From: a virus
Taxonomy: Duplodnaviria; Caudoviricetes
IMG/VR virus record: IMGVR_UViG_3300037286_000008
Location: 1 to 29,698 of that record
Strand: one strand, 5' to 3'
Length of the DNA: 29,698 nucleotides
Shown: positions 1 through 7,194 of the stretch, in pieces
Layout: each line of letters starts with the position of its first letter
Numbering within the stretch: the stretch's first letter is position 1
The notes under the pieces: model-generated
The model's database searches: none
What the model was told of the DNA's origin: nothing
The model's input: only the letters and a program-made list of their open reading frames with translations
Position numbers and translations under genes: made by a program

Positions 1-127
1 TATGGGAAAAGGGCTGTTATATGGGAAAAGGGCTGTTATATGGGAAAAGGGCTGTTATATGGGAAAAGGGCTGTTATATGGGAAAAGGGCTGTTATATGG
101 GAAAAGGGCTGTTATATGGGAAAAGGG
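1..127. repeat. Tandem repeat of 19-bp unit TATGGGAAAAGGGCTGTTA (6 full copies + 13 bp), may continue beyond the window edge
   Basis: Identical units start at 1, 20, 39, 58, 77, 96; partial unit at 115-127. Confidence 0.97.
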
Positions 128-165
128 AAACAATCTTTTATATCAGCAGATTTTCTGATCTTTAT

Positions 166-189
166 AAGGGGTGCTATATCACACCCCTT
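166..189. repeat. 24-bp palindrome (motif A) copy 1
   Basis: AAGGGGTGCTATATCACACCCCTT. Confidence 0.9.
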
Positions 190-201
190 CCTTATAATAG
201 G

Positions 202-284
202 GGGCATGGTAGTTGAGGGCATGGTAGTTGAGGGCATGGTAGTTGAGGGTTAATATGGTAGTTGAGGGTTAATATGGTGGTATA
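202..284. repeat. Tandem repeat GGGCATGGTAGTTGA x3 followed by two variant TTAATATGGT units
   Basis: Units at 202, 217, 232; variants at 250 and 269. Confidence 0.9.
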
Positions 285-318
285 TAAAAAAAAAAATTAA
301 AAATATTTGATATAGGGG

Positions 319-347
319 TTGACAAAGGTAAAAAATGGGAGTATCTT
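319..347 (+). promoter_or_regulatory. Sigma70-type early promoter
   Basis: TTGACA (319-324), 17-bp spacer, TATCTT (342-347); A-rich UP-like tract upstream. Confidence 0.7.
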
Positions 348-378
348 TGAATCATCATAGAGTAAGTTTTTAATAAAT

Positions 379-402
379 AAGGGGTGCAACATAGCACCCC
401 CT
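379..402. repeat. Motif A copy 2, just downstream of the early promoter
   Basis: AAGGGGTGCAACATAGCACCCCCT. Confidence 0.9.
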
Positions 403-428
403 TCAAACCACAAAAGGAGAATGAAACC

Positions 429-1130
429 ATGAAAAAGACACAAACAACCGACAAAAAAGCAGTTATTGAATTGAATGACACCCTATTAGCCGATACTATG
501 GGAGTAGAAGAAGCCGACATCCAGACCATTAAGAGCTTTCTTAATGGTGGCTCCACACAACTGGGTTACGAAATTGTAAAGAATTGGGTTCAGGCAGGGC
601 GGTTATTTTCCATAATTAAAGAGATTGTAGGAAAAACGGATTTCAACGAATATTGCAATCGTTATATAGGGGTTGAATTGGATAAAAATCAGCGGTCATA
701 TGCAATGAGACTCGGAAAACAACCAGAGGAAAAGCTTGAAAATTGGTATATTGTTTCATGTGAAACAGCCACAGGGCCTAAAGCGGTTTTTGAACGCTGG
801 TTTGCTGCAAACCCCGCTGATTGTATAGAACCTTCCTCGCCTAAAGTTTCCGGCGGTAGCAAAGGCACAAAAAAGGCTGTTACGGTTGAAAATGGTGAAG
901 ACGGTGAAAGTTCCGCAACATGGTTGAGAGTATCTCAAGCTTATACTCAATTCAATAGACTTGAGGACAAATGCCGTGAAGCAGGAAACATGGGGATAAA
1001 AGAAATGCGAGCGTTAATTCTTCTTATGGAAAGCAAGGTTATGGAATTGACAGAGGCATTGAGACTTGAAGAAAAAGCCCTTGCGGTGGAGAAGGAAAGG
1101 GAAAATAGGGCAACCAAAAAAGCTTCATAA
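429..1130 (+). CDS. Early phage protein, DUF3102-like region with C-terminal coiled coil
   Basis: AGGAGA RBS (415-420) before ATG 429; GRLFSIIKE...FNEYC...RSYAMRL resembles DUF3102 by eye. Confidence 0.6.
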   Translation: MKKTQTTDKKAVIELNDTLLADTMGVEEADIQTIKSFLNGGSTQLGYEIVKNWVQAGRLFSIIKEIVGKTDFNEYCNRYIGVELDKNQRSYAMRLGKQPEEKLENWYIVSCETATGPKAVFERWFAANPADCIEPSSPKVSGGSKGTKKAVTVENGEDGESSATWLRVSQAYTQFNRLEDKCREAGNMGIKEMRALILLMESKVMELTEALRLEEKALAVEKERENRATKKAS

Positions 1131-1153
1131 TAACGGATTTTCTGGTCCTTATA

Positions 1154-1177
1154 AAGGGGTGCTATATCGCACCCCTT
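1154..1177. repeat. Motif A copy 3
   Basis: ATAAAGGGGTGCTATATCGCACCCCTTTAT (1151-1180). Confidence 0.92.
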
Positions 1178-1205
1178 TATTATAAGAAAGGGATAATGGG
1201 AGTAT

Positions 1206-1337
1206 ATGAAGAAAGGATTCATAATGTATAAAATAGGTATGTTCAATCAATGGGAATGGGTAAGGTTAGGTGAAAGTATTTGGATAAGTAAACGGCTTGA
1301 AATGTTCGTTTTGAAACGAACGAAAATAGCGGATTAG
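1206..1337 (+). CDS. Small hypothetical protein (43 aa), not in the ORF track
   Basis: Hand translation MKKGFIMYKIGMFNQWEWVRLGESIWISKRLEMFVLKRTKIAD; GGAG upstream; fills the space between two extended repeats; alternative start 1224. Confidence 0.45.
   Translation: MKKGFIMYKIGMFNQWEWVRLGESIWISKRLEMFVLKRTKIAD
1304..1321. repeat. 18-bp palindrome (motif B, GTTCG-N8-CGAAC) copy 1
   Basis: GTTCGTTTTGAAACGAAC. Confidence 0.8.
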
Positions 1338-1375
1338 ATTAATTCTATATTATCAGCGGATTTTCTGATCTTCAT

Positions 1376-1399
1376 AAGGGGTGCAATGTAGCACCCCTT
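1376..1399. repeat. Motif A copy 4
   Basis: AAGGGGTGCAATGTAGCACCCCTT. Confidence 0.92.
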
Positions 1400-1424
1400 T
1401 ATTATAAGAAAGGAGTGTACTATC

Positions 1425-1667
1425 ATGGGAATGACACAAGGAACGCTTATTCCGGCGTATGGCAGGGATTATGGTAGCAAGGTTGAAGTAATAACCGATT
1501 TTAGGGAAGGTAAGGATTTTATATATAATAATATAGCGAGCCCTTATCACAATAAATATTGTAACATTAGGGACTGTGGACCAGGAGAGCTAATAAAGTT
1601 AAGGTACGATAAGAAAAGAAAAGTATGTTTTTATACTGTAACTGATAGCGATATTCGTTCGCTTTGA
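1425..1667 (+). CDS. Conserved phage hypothetical protein (PAYGRDY motif)
   Basis: AAGGAG RBS; TLIPAYGRDYxSKxEV...GKDF motif recalled from small phage early proteins; start may be 1431. Confidence 0.75.
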   Translation: MGMTQGTLIPAYGRDYGSKVEVITDFREGKDFIYNNIASPYHNKYCNIRDCGPGELIKLRYDKKRKVCFYTVTDSDIRSL

Positions 1668-1674
1668 AACGAAT
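1657..1674. repeat. Motif B copy 2 (degenerate)
   Basis: GTTCGCTTTGAAACGAAT, overlapping the stop codon at 1665-1667. Confidence 0.65.
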
Positions 1675-1701
1675 GAAACAGTTAAAAAGGAGAAGAATAT
1701 T

Positions 1702-2289
1702 ATGAAAGATGTTAACGGTTATTGGGTTGATGATAATGGTAATAGATGGCTACAAGGTATATGTACGAAAAACGATGCACGAAAAAAGAGTGGCACTCTA
1801 ATAAATTGCATAGACTGCACGGATTGCACGAATTGCCTGAATTGCACGGATTGCACGAATTGCCTGAATTGCACGGATTGCACGAATTGCCTGAATTGCA
1901 CGAATTGCAGGAATTGCCTGAATTGCACGGATTGCACGGACTGCAAGAATTGCACGGACTGCATGGATTGCAGGAATTGTACGTATTGTACGGATTGCAC
2001 GGACTGCATGGATTGCAAGAGGTGCATGGATTGCAAGAGATGCATGGATTGCAAGAGGTGCGGGGGTTTTAAAGAAAATCCAGAAAGAATTGTTTCTCCG
2101 AAAATAGGCTCAAGAAATGACCAAACAACTGTTTATTGGAATAAAGAAAAGGTGACTGTTATTTGTGGTTGTTTTAAAGGGGATATTGAAGAATTTGAAA
2201 AGGCTGTTAATACCACACATAAAAACACCAAATATTTAACCATCTACCAAAATTTTATAAATAAAGTAAGACACTATATGAACAGTTAA
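1702..2289 (+). CDS. Cys-rich (Cxx)29 repeat protein with C-terminal GSR...CGCFxG...EF...V..TH domain
   Basis: AAGGAG RBS; 9-bp-period repeats at 1807-2067; the C-terminal domain resembles the one appended to hexa/pentapeptide-repeat phage proteins. Confidence 0.85.
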   Translation: MKDVNGYWVDDNGNRWLQGICTKNDARKKSGTLINCIDCTDCTNCLNCTDCTNCLNCTDCTNCLNCTNCRNCLNCTDCTDCKNCTDCMDCRNCTYCTDCTDCMDCKRCMDCKRCMDCKRCGGFKENPERIVSPKIGSRNDQTTVYWNKEKVTVICGCFKGDIEEFEKAVNTTHKNTKYLTIYQNFINKVRHYMNS

Positions 2290-2313
2290 AAAGGAGAATA
2301 ATATAATAAATTA

Positions 2314-2337
2314 AAGGGGTGCGATATCGCACCCCTT
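2314..2337. repeat. Motif A copy 5 (perfect 30-bp palindrome at 2311-2340)
   Basis: TTAAAGGGGTGCGATATCGCACCCCTTTAA. Confidence 0.95.
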
Positions 2338-2396
2338 TAACCTACTAAGTATACCACCATAATAAATATGATATGGTGGTATACTTAGTAGGTTAA
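2337..2396. repeat. Perfect 25-bp inverted repeat with 10-nt loop
   Basis: TTAACCTACTAAGTATACCACCATA (2337-2361) / TATGGTGGTATACTTAGTAGGTTAA (2372-2396). Confidence 0.95.
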
Positions 2397-2434
2397 CTGT
2401 TCCAAAAAAGATTATGCTTTCTCTGAAAAATGAC

Positions 2435-2463
2435 TTGACATTTTTTAAAAACTATAGTATAGT
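2435..2463 (+). promoter_or_regulatory. Near-consensus sigma70 promoter upstream of the ParB-like gene
   Basis: TTGACA (2435-2440), 17-bp spacer, TATAGT (2458-2463). Confidence 0.8.
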
Positions 2464-2653
2464 ATTAGGCATAGTCGGAAAGGTTTACAGTTAATTTTAA
2501 CACCACACTAAACAAGGTGTGCAACACAATTAAACAGGAGGGCAGCTATGGGATTCCAGAATAATGAGACACTTTTGGTACACTTCTGTCTCACTCTGTC
2601 TCACTCTGTCTCATAGTCCAACTGGAAAGGAAGGGGAAGATGACATCAAGATG

Positions 2654-2677
2654 AACGTGTGCGATATCGCACACCTT
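2654..2677. repeat. Motif A copy 6
   Basis: AACGTGTGCGATATCGCACACCTT. Confidence 0.88.
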
Positions 2678-2688
2678 TAAAAAGTTTC

Positions 2689-2706
2689 GTTCGTTCTGAA
2701 ACGAAC
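2689..2706. repeat. Motif B copy 3
   Basis: GTTCGTTCTGAAACGAAC, 11 bp downstream of motif A copy 6. Confidence 0.8.
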
Positions 2707-2756
2707 AAAAACAAAAACAAAAACAAAAACCAAAACAAAATGTGAGGAGAGTTAAA

Positions 2757-4262
2757 ATGAGTAAAATGGATCTTAAATTTAATCCGGCAGACAATGCAGC
2801 AGTTCTTATTAACGTGGCAATTGAATCCGTAGTACCTAACCCCTACAGAGACATGACTATGTTTCCTTTTCAGCAGTCGAAAATTGACTCGTTGGTTGAG
2901 TCAATTCAGAAGACGGGATTCTGGCCTTCTATTATGGCCCGCCCTAAAGGAAACATGGTGGCAGGAGAAGAAGTAAACCAGGCTGAACTGGTGGCTTTAA
3001 TCGAATCGGGTTATGACTTCAGTAATACTGAATGGGAACAGTCGTTTGCCCATCATAGGAAAGAAGCTTGTAGGGTGTTGGGATTCGATATGGTCCCCAT
3101 TATTCCAATGGTCATGTCAGATGAGCAGATGCTGCTTAAAATGGCTCTGGAAAATAAAGATGGCTTTGGGGGTAACGTGAACAGTCAGTGTGAAACTGTT
3201 CGTCAAACTAAGTCTCATATCGAGAGAATGATTAAGGATTATGATACTTATGAAGATTACCTCAAAGATGCTGGTGATACTCCTTTCTTTGAGACTGCAA
3301 AAGCTTTTAAAAATGCCCAGACTCAGGGAGTAGGTTTTCGTCAGGTAAGAAGATTCCTTGGTGAAACTTGGTCTGATATGGATGTTCGGGCGCCTTTTGC
3401 AGTTATTAAAGCAGTAGATAAAGAGTTCTTTGCTCAGGAGGATATTGTTCTTGTTCCTAATCTTGGTCTTTTGAATGAACTCTGTTCGCTGGCTGCCGTT
3501 ATGTATGAAGGTCACACTCCAAAAGGAGAAACCCCTTCAGGAGAAGAAGGGGCGGTAGTAGAACCTGTTCCAGCTCCAAACTGGCCGTTGTACTACAAAA
3601 AGAAAATTATCGCCGAAGTAATTCAGCGGATTTCTGCTGATGTTCCTGGGGGTCAGGTTAATACTACTGTTTCGGATATGGCAGGAGCGAGACAAGCTCT
3701 GCAAAAACAGGAAGTAAATCCGGCTTCCTATCTCAGAACAAAGAAAGGAAAAACTCCTTTTAATGTGGTAAAAGCCTTGAAGGATGAGTTTATTCTTGAA
3801 GGAGAGGGAGCGACTCTTGATAAAAATCTTGCTATAATTGAGGGTTTATCAGAGATTGACGGTCTTGGTGACTGGGAAGGATTCAATGACGCAAAAGAAA
3901 GTTTAATTAAAATTGCTGAAAAACTGGCGAAAGGAGAGGCCCTACCAGAAGGAGACGAACCTGTGGTAGATATTAATACTGAACTCCCTCCTACTGGTAC
4001 GGTATCCGGTATTGAATCAGGTTTTGATGGAGTAGAGGATACTAATATTATTCCAATTGGTCAGTTAACTCAGATGATTGCCGGGGACGCCGAATTAATG
4101 TCAAGCAGAATCGAAAGTTTGCTTGGCCGGATTGATGAATTTCAGACTGATGAAATTTATACCATGTCCATGCTGAATCTGCTGGATAGAGTTGCCAGAG
4201 TAACTTTTGCTACCATCGGAAAGGAAGCTTTGGTTAATACTTTTAATGCGGTAACAAAATAA
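2757..4262 (+). CDS. ParB/Srx-like N-terminal domain protein with putative HTH and long acidic C-terminal region
   Basis: GAGGAG RBS before ATG 2757; VVPNPYR...F...IDSLVESIQKTGFWPSIMARP, AHHRKEA (GxxRxxA-like), LG...VP...SDEQML.MALEN; HTH-like GFRQVRRFLGETWS. Confidence 0.8.
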   Translation: MSKMDLKFNPADNAAVLINVAIESVVPNPYRDMTMFPFQQSKIDSLVESIQKTGFWPSIMARPKGNMVAGEEVNQAELVALIESGYDFSNTEWEQSFAHHRKEACRVLGFDMVPIIPMVMSDEQMLLKMALENKDGFGGNVNSQCETVRQTKSHIERMIKDYDTYEDYLKDAGDTPFFETAKAFKNAQTQGVGFRQVRRFLGETWSDMDVRAPFAVIKAVDKEFFAQEDIVLVPNLGLLNELCSLAAVMYEGHTPKGETPSGEEGAVVEPVPAPNWPLYYKKKIIAEVIQRISADVPGGQVNTTVSDMAGARQALQKQEVNPASYLRTKKGKTPFNVVKALKDEFILEGEGATLDKNLAIIEGLSEIDGLGDWEGFNDAKESLIKIAEKLAKGEALPEGDEPVVDINTELPPTGTVSGIESGFDGVEDTNIIPIGQLTQMIAGDAELMSSRIESLLGRIDEFQTDEIYTMSMLNLLDRVARVTFATIGKEALVNTFNAVTK

Positions 4263-4296
4263 CCAAATGACAAACTAATACTATTGACTTAATTTG

Positions 4297-4320
4297 AAGG
4301 GGTGTAATATCGCACCCCTT
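4297..4320. repeat. Motif A copy 7 (extended palindrome 4291-4326)
   Basis: AATTTG-AAGGGGTGTAATATCGCACCCCTT-CAAATT. Confidence 0.92.
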
Positions 4321-4347
4321 CAAATTGCTAATAAGGAGGACGGGATA

Positions 4348-4515
4348 ATGGGACAAAATAGTGAAGTGAAATGGACTTGTTCAGTATGTGCAGAAGATCG
4401 CCCTTGTATTCTTACGTATAAAATAAACCATCCAGAAGACCCGGAAAATCCGGAGGACTGTCCTTTCGGAATAGATATATCTATTTGGGAAAGAATACAA
4501 GAGGAGGATTCATGA
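4348..4515 (+). CDS. Small Cys-containing (putative Zn-binding) hypothetical protein, 55 aa
   Basis: AAGGAGG RBS before ATG 4348; CxxC...C...CP; ATGA overlap with next gene. Confidence 0.7.
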   Translation: MGQNSEVKWTCSVCAEDRPCILTYKINHPEDPENPEDCPFGIDISIWERIQEEDS

Positions 4516-5132
4516 GATTTTTGAGAAATAGATACACTCAGGAAGAATTTGAAACAATGCCGGTTGACGAATATGGAATCAGGCATTGTTCAAGTGGGGA
4601 TTATTCGTTAATTAAATCCTTCGGGAAATACTGCTCTTTCGGGGAAGACTGTTCCTTCGGGCAACACTGCTCCTTCGGGACAGGCTGTTCCTTCGGGAAA
4701 TACTGCTCCTTCGGGACAGGCTGTTCCTTCGGGAAATACTGCTCTTTCGGGCAACACTGCTCCTTCGGGGAAGGCTGCTATTTCGGGGAAGGCTGTTCTT
4801 TCGTGGAAGGCTGTTCTTTCGGGAGAGGTTGTTTTTTCGGGGAAGGCTGTTCTTTTTCGTTTTTCCCTATTTGTATATTAAGAGCCAGTCTTGGAAAAGT
4901 ATCAGACAACTTGACGCTTGAACTCATGAGACGCGACGCATGGTCACATCCTCTTCCGGAACTGTTCGATATTTGGGCTACTAATGGCGGTTGCCCATAT
5001 AAAGGCGGAAAGGTTGAGAGGTTACACTTTTTCCAAGAAGAAAAAGAATTATGGGAACCAGGACTTCCAACCATGCGAGACAGTGATTTAATTAAGGCTA
5101 TATGCAATGAGAAAGGATGGAAAATACCATGA
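4512..5132 (+). CDS. Hexapeptide (CSFGxx)13 repeat beta-solenoid protein with conserved C-terminal domain
   Basis: GAGGAGG RBS before ATG 4512; 18-bp-period repeats at 4632-4865; C-terminal LMRRDA.SHP.P..FD.WA..GGCPY. Confidence 0.85.
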   Translation: MRFLRNRYTQEEFETMPVDEYGIRHCSSGDYSLIKSFGKYCSFGEDCSFGQHCSFGTGCSFGKYCSFGTGCSFGKYCSFGQHCSFGEGCYFGEGCSFVEGCSFGRGCFFGEGCSFSFFPICILRASLGKVSDNLTLELMRRDAWSHPLPELFDIWATNGGCPYKGGKVERLHFFQEEKELWEPGLPTMRDSDLIKAICNEKGWKIP

Positions 5133-5155
5133 AAGAATACAAGAGGAGGAGTTAG

Positions 5156-6343
5156 ATGCTTGACGAAAAACAAATACGAGCTCTGCAAGAGGCAAGTGGT
5201 CATTCTATCTTTGGTAGTTCCAGCCTACCAAGGATAGTTTTGTGTCCGGCGTCAGTAGGGGAGGAATTAAAAGCTGGTTTAAAACCTGAATCTATCTACG
5301 CTCGAAAAGGTTCAGATTTACACGGATGGATGGAAAAAGCTTTGAAAACTTTACCTGATCCCGTTAAGTATTTGATGTCAAAAAATATATCTATAGAGGA
5401 TACTTCTTATCTTATAGACTGTATAGAGTATTTTGATTCAGTCATATCTAAACATCCTAAAGGAGAGGATATAACAATTCTTTTAGAGGAACATGGTAGT
5501 TTACAAAGTTATGGTCTACCAGAAGTTTATGGAACGATGGATGTTCAAATTAAATCGTCTAAACGAATTGATGTTATTGACTGGAAGTTTGGTCACGGAG
5601 TAACTGTATCGGTTAAGGATAATGTACAGTGTATATCTTATCTTGGCATGGCCTATCCTTATACAGAAGAACCGGATAACGATATGCGAAAATTCGTTCA
5701 TATTGTCCAGCCGCCCAAAAATATATTTGAAGAGGAAGAAATTTCTAACGATAAGTTGTATAATACTATACTTGGAGCTATTACTAATGCTATAAATGAA
5801 GCTCGTTCTAATAGTCCTGCATACAACCCTTCAATAAAAGCTTGTAAATTCTGTGGAGCCAATATGAGATGTTTTGCTCGTCATAAATGGCTTCAAGAGC
5901 AAGCTAAGGCAGTCCAAACATTAGCAAATGATCCCGCTTACGTATCAAATGAAAAATGGGCTTTATACCTTCAAGCGGCGGAAGCGGTTCAGGATGCCAT
6001 AAGCAAGATTAAATCTCATGCTATGTCAGAAATTATGGCGGGGAGAAATTTTCCGGGTTATAAGATAGTATGCGGAAGAGCCAATAGAAAGTTTGTGGAC
6101 GAAGAAAAAGGAAAAGCTTTTATTATCAAGAAACTTGGTAGTAAAGCGTATAAACCATCAGAACTTGTGACTCTTGTACAAGCCGAAAAAATTAATCGCA
6201 CTTTGAAGAATGACCCTGAATGGGGAGAGTTGATATATACTCCTATAGGTTCACCTTCTTTAGTACCTGTTTCAGAACCGGGAAAAGCTATGGTATATGG
6301 AACTAAATCCATTTTTGACTCTATAGCATCCGGTAAAATATAA
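5156..6343 (+). CDS. DUF2800 family Cas4-like PD-(D/E)xK nuclease
   Basis: HS.FGSSS..R...CP.S, GSxLH, GTMD, IDWKFG.G, CKFC.....C; typical position next to DUF2815 and PolA. Confidence 0.88.
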   Translation: MLDEKQIRALQEASGHSIFGSSSLPRIVLCPASVGEELKAGLKPESIYARKGSDLHGWMEKALKTLPDPVKYLMSKNISIEDTSYLIDCIEYFDSVISKHPKGEDITILLEEHGSLQSYGLPEVYGTMDVQIKSSKRIDVIDWKFGHGVTVSVKDNVQCISYLGMAYPYTEEPDNDMRKFVHIVQPPKNIFEEEEISNDKLYNTILGAITNAINEARSNSPAYNPSIKACKFCGANMRCFARHKWLQEQAKAVQTLANDPAYVSNEKWALYLQAAEAVQDAISKIKSHAMSEIMAGRNFPGYKIVCGRANRKFVDEEKGKAFIIKKLGSKAYKPSELVTLVQAEKINRTLKNDPEWGELIYTPIGSPSLVPVSEPGKAMVYGTKSIFDSIASGKI

Positions 6344-6346
6344 ACA

Positions 6347-6370
6347 AAGGTGTGTAATGTAGCACCCCTT
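6347..6370. repeat. Motif A copy 8
   Basis: AAGGTGTGTAATGTAGCACCCCTT. Confidence 0.88.
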
Positions 6371-6379
6371 GTTAACTAT

Positions 6380-6397
6380 GTTCGTTTTAAAACGAAC
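6380..6397. repeat. Motif B copy 4 (perfect palindrome)
   Basis: GTTCGTTTTAAAACGAAC, 9 bp downstream of motif A copy 8. Confidence 0.85.
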
Positions 6398-6426
6398 AAA
6401 CTAATTAAACGTAAGGAGAAAAACGT

Positions 6427-7020
6427 ATGAATGATCTAAGTCCTATCAATTTTGTAACGGATGTCGTAACTTTTAGCTATGTAAAAGTGTTTGCTCCGGA
6501 AATGAATCCAAGCGGAGTTCTTAAGTATTCCGCTACTTTGATTCTTCCAAAAAGCAATACTAAAGAAAAGGCAAGATGGGATGCTTGTATAGAAGCAGCT
6601 ATTAAAGCAGGTATAGCAAAAGGTAAATTCACAGCCAATCAAAAACCCATTCTTAAGCTTCCTATTAGGGATGGGGATGCTGAATTGAAAGTTGAAAAAA
6701 GAAAAGGAGACGAGTGGAAAAATTCTTGGTTTATAAACGTAAATAGTGACAACCCTCCTGGGATAACGAAACCGCAAGGTGGTCAGGCCGTTGCCATTAT
6801 AGATCCGTTAGAATTCTATTCCGGATGTAAAGGCCGAGCCATAGTATCTTTCTTTCCCTTTAAGAATGGGGGAAGTATGGGCGTAGCGGTCGGTCTAAAT
6901 GGTTGTTATAAAGTGGCTGATGGAGAGCGATTAGATGGTAGAGTTAACGCTGCTTCTGTTTTTAGCCAGTTCGCAGAACAAGATAGCGAAGCAGATGAGA
7001 ATACAGGAACTTTTGAATAA
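6427..7020 (+). CDS. DUF2815 / Enc34-type phage ssDNA-binding protein
   Basis: FSY..VF.P, KYS.TLILPK, LPIRDGD, FYSGC, GVAVGLN, DGERL, acidic C-terminal tail. Confidence 0.92.
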   Translation: MNDLSPINFVTDVVTFSYVKVFAPEMNPSGVLKYSATLILPKSNTKEKARWDACIEAAIKAGIAKGKFTANQKPILKLPIRDGDAELKVEKRKGDEWKNSWFINVNSDNPPGITKPQGGQAVAIIDPLEFYSGCKGRAIVSFFPFKNGGSMGVAVGLNGCYKVADGERLDGRVNAASVFSQFAEQDSEADENTGTFE

Positions 7021-7034
7021 TTAAAGCTACCCGC

Positions 7035-7058
7035 AAGGTGTGCAATATTGCACACCTT
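7035..7058. repeat. Motif A copy 9 (perfect 28-bp palindrome at 7033-7060)
   Basis: GCAAGGTGTGCAATATTGCACACCTTGC. Confidence 0.95.
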
Positions 7059-7194
7059 GCTTTAATTGAAAAACTTTTACAGGAAAATGTAACCACCTGA
7101 ATATGGATAAGTGTAAGACGTGCCAAGCACCGCTACTTTGCCAATGCAAAAGACCCAAAGTTATAAAAATAACTCAGTATTTGTGATTTGAATC

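Noticed and set aside
1-127. CRISPR array
   Set aside because: Units are head-to-tail with no spacers; the DUF2800 protein is a usual phage replication-module nuclease, not part of a cas operon
2-253. 83-aa ORF at the left edge
   Set aside because: It is only a translation of the two tandem arrays; no evidence of a real gene
1719-2072. Alternative-frame ORFs 1719-2054 (-) and 1746-2072 (+)
   Set aside because: Shadows of the stop-free 9-bp repeat; only the Cys frame has an RBS and a recognisable C-terminal domain
4284-4310. Promoter TTGACT...TAATAT overlapping motif A copy 7
   Set aside because: The spacer is only 15 bp and the -10 match is weak
1304-6397. Motif B as a LexA (Cheo) box
   Set aside because: The Gram-positive box is CGAAC-N4-GTTCG; here the half-sites are in the opposite order with an 8-bp spacer
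7103-7186. 27-aa Cys-rich ORF MDKCKTCQAPLLCQCKRPKVIKITQYL
   Set aside because: No well-spaced RBS and too short to support
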